From positions 19,294 through 83,293 of the forward strand of contig JBDLIQ010000001.1 of assembly GCA_039714775.1 (NCBI GenBank): a DNA stretch of 64,000 bases. Reading direction: 5' to 3'. This DNA comes from Bacteroidota bacterium. Lineage in GTDB: Bacteria > Bacteroidota > Bacteroidia > Bacteroidales > GCA-2748055. Shown here in pieces: positions 60,814 to 64,000 of the stretch (its first letter is position 1; every line of letters starts with the position of its first letter). A program made the translations under genes and the position numbers. The notes below the pieces were generated by a model. That model was given only the letters and a program-made list of their open reading frames with translations. It made no database searches and had not been told where the DNA came from.

Positions 60814-62367
60814 ATGAAAAAAACCTTGTTTGTTGTTGGATTGATTCTCGTGACCGTTGTTGCATTCGGACAGAGGAAAAAATCCAAAAACCAGAAACCC
60901 AATATCCTTGTGATATGGGGTGATGACATCGGCCAGTCAAATGTGTCCGCCTATACCATGGGTATGGTTGGATATCAAACCCCCAACATCGACCGCATTG
61001 CCCATGAAGGCATGATCTTCACCGATTACTATTCGGAGCAGAGCTGTACGGCTGGACGATCCACTTTTATCCTGGGACAGAGCGTGTTCCGGACCGGCTT
61101 AAGTAAAGTGGGACTTCCTGGTGCAAAAGAGGGGATCAGTGAGAAGGATCCCACCATTGCAGAGATGTTGAAACCGCTGGGATACACTACCGGACAATTC
61201 GGAAAAAACCACCTGGGTGACCGGGACGAGCACTTGCCCACCAACCACGGCTTTGATGAGTTCTTCGGGAACCTTTACCACCTTAATGCCGAAGAGGAGC
61301 CCGAGCTGCCCGATTATCCAGATCCGGAGCAGTATCCAGATTTCGCACAGAAATATGGGCCACGTGGTGTTATGCATTCATACGCCGACGGCAGGATCGA
61401 AGACACAGGTCCGCTGACTAAGAAGAGAATGGAATCCATTGATGACGAGAGTTCAGATGCAGCGGTGGCATTTATAAAGAAGGCTGTAGAGGAGGGAAAA
61501 CCATTTTTTGTATGGTGGAACGGAACACGCATGCACTTCCGGACCCATGTAAAAGAGGAACTGCGCGGCATCTCCGGACAGGATGAGTATGCCGATGGGA
61601 TGGTGGAGCACGATATGCATGTGGGAAAATTACTGAAGTTGTTGGATGACCTGGGCATTGCTGAGAATACCATCGTTCAGTATGGAACCGATAACGGCCC
61701 CCATAAGAATACCTGGCCTGATGCAGCTGTGAATCCTTTCAGGGGTGAGAAAAACACCAACTGGGAAGGTGGCTGGAGAACACCCTCCATGGTTCGCTGG
61801 CCCGGTAAAATTAAGGCAGGTAGCATATCAAACGAAATTATGTGTACACAGGACTGGTTCCCCACATTCCTGGCTGCTGCCGGGGAAGAGGATATCAAAG
61901 GAAAACTTTTAAGAGGAAGTACAGCCGGTGATAAAAGCTTCAAGGTGCATCTGGATGGTTATAATTTCCTTCCATATCTGACAGGGGAAACTGACCAGGG
62001 ACCTCGTCGTGAGATCTTTTACTTCTCCGACGATGGCGATCTGACCGCCCTGAGGTATGATGACTGGAAAATGATCTTTATGGAACAGCGGTCGGCCGGA
62101 ACCATGGCTGTATGGGCAGATCCTTTTGTACCCCTGAGGGTTCCGCTGATATTCAACCTGCGCCGTGACCCGTTTGAGCAGGCAACCATCACCTCCAACA
62201 CTTATTATGACTGGTTGCTGGACCATGTGTTCCTGTTGGTTCCTGCACAGGATATCGTGGGGCAGTTCCTGATGACCTTTCAGGAGTATCCCCCGCGTAT
62301 GGAGGCTGCCAGTTTCAGCCTGGACAAAGTGATGAAGAAACTGCAGGAGGGCGGAAGCTCAAAGTAA
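60814..62367 (+). CDS. Arylsulfatase (formylglycine-dependent sulfatase family)
   Basis: 517 aa with a signal peptide. NILVIWGDDIG, the sulfatase signature CTAGRSTFILG (C-x-A-x-R) and GKNHLGD. Confidence 0.9.
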   Translation: MKKTLFVVGLILVTVVAFGQRKKSKNQKPNILVIWGDDIGQSNVSAYTMGMVGYQTPNIDRIAHEGMIFTDYYSEQSCTAGRSTFILGQSVFRTGLSKVGLPGAKEGISEKDPTIAEMLKPLGYTTGQFGKNHLGDRDEHLPTNHGFDEFFGNLYHLNAEEEPELPDYPDPEQYPDFAQKYGPRGVMHSYADGRIEDTGPLTKKRMESIDDESSDAAVAFIKKAVEEGKPFFVWWNGTRMHFRTHVKEELRGISGQDEYADGMVEHDMHVGKLLKLLDDLGIAENTIVQYGTDNGPHKNTWPDAAVNPFRGEKNTNWEGGWRTPSMVRWPGKIKAGSISNEIMCTQDWFPTFLAAAGEEDIKGKLLRGSTAGDKSFKVHLDGYNFLPYLTGETDQGPRREIFYFSDDGDLTALRYDDWKMIFMEQRSAGTMAVWADPFVPLRVPLIFNLRRDPFEQATITSNTYYDWLLDHVFLLVPAQDIVGQFLMTFQEYPPRMEAASFSLDKVMKKLQEGGSSK

Positions 62368-62410
62368 CCCCGGGGAGCATCCCTGTACAATAAATCATAA
62401 AAAGTAGATG

Positions 62411-62450
62411 GCTGCATCGGGTGGATTGTTATCCGGTGCAGCTTTTTTTT
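62411..62450 (+). terminator. Rho-independent terminator after the arylsulfatase gene
   Basis: Stem GCTGCATCGG / CCGGTGCAGC (10 bp, one G.U pair) followed by T8. Confidence 0.8.
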
Positions 62451-62470
62451 CACAATAAAACCTATCTATC

Positions 62471-63445
62471 GTGGCATCAACAGCATTGGAATCGGTTAAG
62501 GAACTGAAAGAGCGGATGGGTACCTCAATCATTGGTCAGGAGAAGATCATCGAACGGATCGTGATGGTCCTGCTGGCCGAGGGAAACCTCCTGCTGGAGG
62601 GTTTGCCCGGACTGGCCAAGACCAGGGCCATTACCAGTCTTTCGAAAAATCTGGATGCGGGACTGAGCCGGATCCAGTTTACACCCGACCTGCTCCCCTC
62701 GGACATCACAGGAACGGAGGTGTACCAGCCCGAGTCGGAAGAGAAGTTTATCTTCCAGGAGGGGCCTGTATTTAACAACCTGATCCTGGCCGATGAGATC
62801 AACCGTGCGCCGGCCAAGGTGCAGGCTGCACTGCTGGAGGCGATGCAGGAGCGGCAGGTTACCGTAGCCGGGAAAACTCATATGCTTCCGGATCTCTTTA
62901 TGGTCATGGCTACCCAGAACCCCATCGAGCAGGAGGGAACCTACCCGCTGCCAGAGGCGCAGATGGACCGTTTCCTGCTCCATGTGATGGTACATTATCC
63001 CGATACCGAATCGGAGAAAAAGGTCCTGAGGTTGGTCAGGGGAGAAGAGTCGGGAGCCGGACAAAAGGCTGCAAAGAGCAAAGCGATCCCCCAAAAGACC
63101 ATTTTCCAGGCCCGGGAGGAGATTAACCAGGTCCATGTATCAGAGAATATTGAGCAGTACATAGTGGACCTGATCAATGCCACCCGTTTTCCGGAGAAGT
63201 TCAGTGAACAGCTCGATACATGGCTTGACTATGGCGCCAGCCCACGTGGTTCCCTCTCCCTTGAGAAGTGCGGCCGGGTCAATGCCTGGATGAACGGGAA
63301 GGATTTTGTGGCGCCCGATGATATCAGGGCGGTGATCCACGATGTGCTGCGGCACAGGATTGTACCCAGCTACGAGGCCAACGCCGATGGGATCGGTAAG
63401 GGAGAGATTATCGATGAGTTGCTGAAACTGGTGGCTGTATCCTAG
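62471..63445 (+). CDS. MoxR-family AAA+ ATPase (first gene of a Bat/aerotolerance-like operon)
   Basis: 324 aa with a GTG start. Walker A GLPGLAKT, Walker B LILADEINRA and a MoxR-typical C-terminus. Confidence 0.9.
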   Translation: MASTALESVKELKERMGTSIIGQEKIIERIVMVLLAEGNLLLEGLPGLAKTRAITSLSKNLDAGLSRIQFTPDLLPSDITGTEVYQPESEEKFIFQEGPVFNNLILADEINRAPAKVQAALLEAMQERQVTVAGKTHMLPDLFMVMATQNPIEQEGTYPLPEAQMDRFLLHVMVHYPDTESEKKVLRLVRGEESGAGQKAAKSKAIPQKTIFQAREEINQVHVSENIEQYIVDLINATRFPEKFSEQLDTWLDYGASPRGSLSLEKCGRVNAWMNGKDFVAPDDIRAVIHDVLRHRIVPSYEANADGIGKGEIIDELLKLVAVS

Positions 63446-63447
63446 CT

Positions 63448-63466
63448 ACTCACCAATCACCAATCA
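63448..63466. repeat. Inverted copy of the GGTGATT-repeat core (ACTCACCAATCACCAATCA)
   Basis: Exact reverse complement of 37833-37851. It fills the MoxR-DUF58 spacer and runs into the DUF58 ATG. Confidence 0.6.
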
Positions 63467-64000
63467 TGCCCCGGGAAGTTATACCTGACAGCAAAGAGAG
63501 AATAGGACCTCCGGAGGTCTATGTGACCCTGCGCGACCTGGTGGGATTGCAGCACGATGCCCATGGATTCAGCTTTCTGCCCAGCCACGCCATCCAGAGT
63601 CTCCTGTCGGGACGGCACCGTTCCAGGCTGCGGGGCCGCGGACTCGATTTTGACGAGGTACGCAAGTATGTGGCAGGGGATGATATCCGGAACATCGATT
63701 GGCGGGTGACCGCCAGGGTGGGAGAGACCCATTCCAAGGTCTTTACCGAGGAGCGTGAAAGGCCGGTTTTGCTGATCGTGGACCAGACATCCTCCATGTT
63801 TTTCGGCAGCCGGGTCTACCTTAAATCTGTGGTTGCTGCACATGCGGCAGCACTGGGAGCCTGGCGCACGCTGGAGGTGGGGGACCGGGTGGGGGGTATT
63901 GTCTTTGATGACACCAGCCTCGACTATGTGACCCCCAAGCGGGATCGAAGAAGCGTGCAGCGGATCTTGCACCTGGTGGCTGAGCGAAACCAGGCACTGG
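63466..64000 (+). CDS. DUF58-domain protein (partial, runs off window end)
   Basis: This frame is absent from the ORF track because no stop is reached. My translation is MPREVIPDSKERIGPPEVYVTLRDLVGLQ..GRGLDFDEVRKYVAGDDIRNIDWRVTAR, which is the DUF58 signature. The tracked antisense ORF 63457-63972 is its shadow. Confidence 0.85.
   Translation, partial: MPREVIPDSKERIGPPEVYVTLRDLVGLQHDAHGFSFLPSHAIQSLLSGRHRSRLRGRGLDFDEVRKYVAGDDIRNIDWRVTARVGETHSKVFTEERERPVLLIVDQTSSMFFGSRVYLKSVVAAHAAALGAWRTLEVGDRVGGIVFDDTSLDYVTPKRDRRSVQRILHLVAERNQAL

Overview
This is a 64-kb chromosomal window from a Bacteroidota-type genome. Evidence for that placement: T9SS C-terminal sorting domains, a TAnnTTTG-type -7 promoter box, many lipoproteins and outer-membrane beta-barrels, a TonB-ExbD-ExbD-ExbB cluster and the start of a MoxR/DUF58 Bat-like operon. 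The HydE/F/G maturases point to an anaerobe. About 50 protein genes are densely packed, with many 1-4 nt start/stop overlaps. From left to right the window holds: DPP-IV; a PKD lipoprotein; two tandem tRNA-Leu genes beside a decayed AraC remnant; a T9SS-secreted clan GH-A glycoside hydrolase; a TIM-barrel isomerase; a PHP phosphoesterase; glpK-glpF; a TPR hybrid histidine kinase; glyA; TauE; TonB/ExbBD; NhaD; TamB; TsaD; a DUF1987 (SiaC-like) protein; a four-gene operon (sensor PP2C, PP2C, coiled-coil ABC/OLD-like ATPase, secreted GATase1/C26-like protein); a 1350-aa C25 peptidase; a six-gene operon (sigma factor, anti-sigma-like protein, C39-ABC exporter, SUI1/YciH, ankyrin-barrel protein, lipoprotein); a Ser/Thr dehydratase; hydG; an SLC12-like transporter; an ABC-F ATPase; a DksA/TraR protein; DUF2891; a BASS transporter; hydE-hydF with a co-transcribed porin-like gene; further beta-barrel genes; an arylsulfatase; MoxR; and a partial DUF58 gene. 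I saw no rRNA, CRISPR array, transposase, integrase or prophage genes. The best candidate for something undescribed is the PP2C/PP2C/ABC-OLD-like ATPase/secreted amidohydrolase operon (26131-33635) together with the convergent SiaC-like gene. Second is the sigma-to-lipoprotein operon (37878-43627), whose leader carries an intrinsic terminator abutting the start codon. All functional calls rest on motif recognition by eye. No database search was run.
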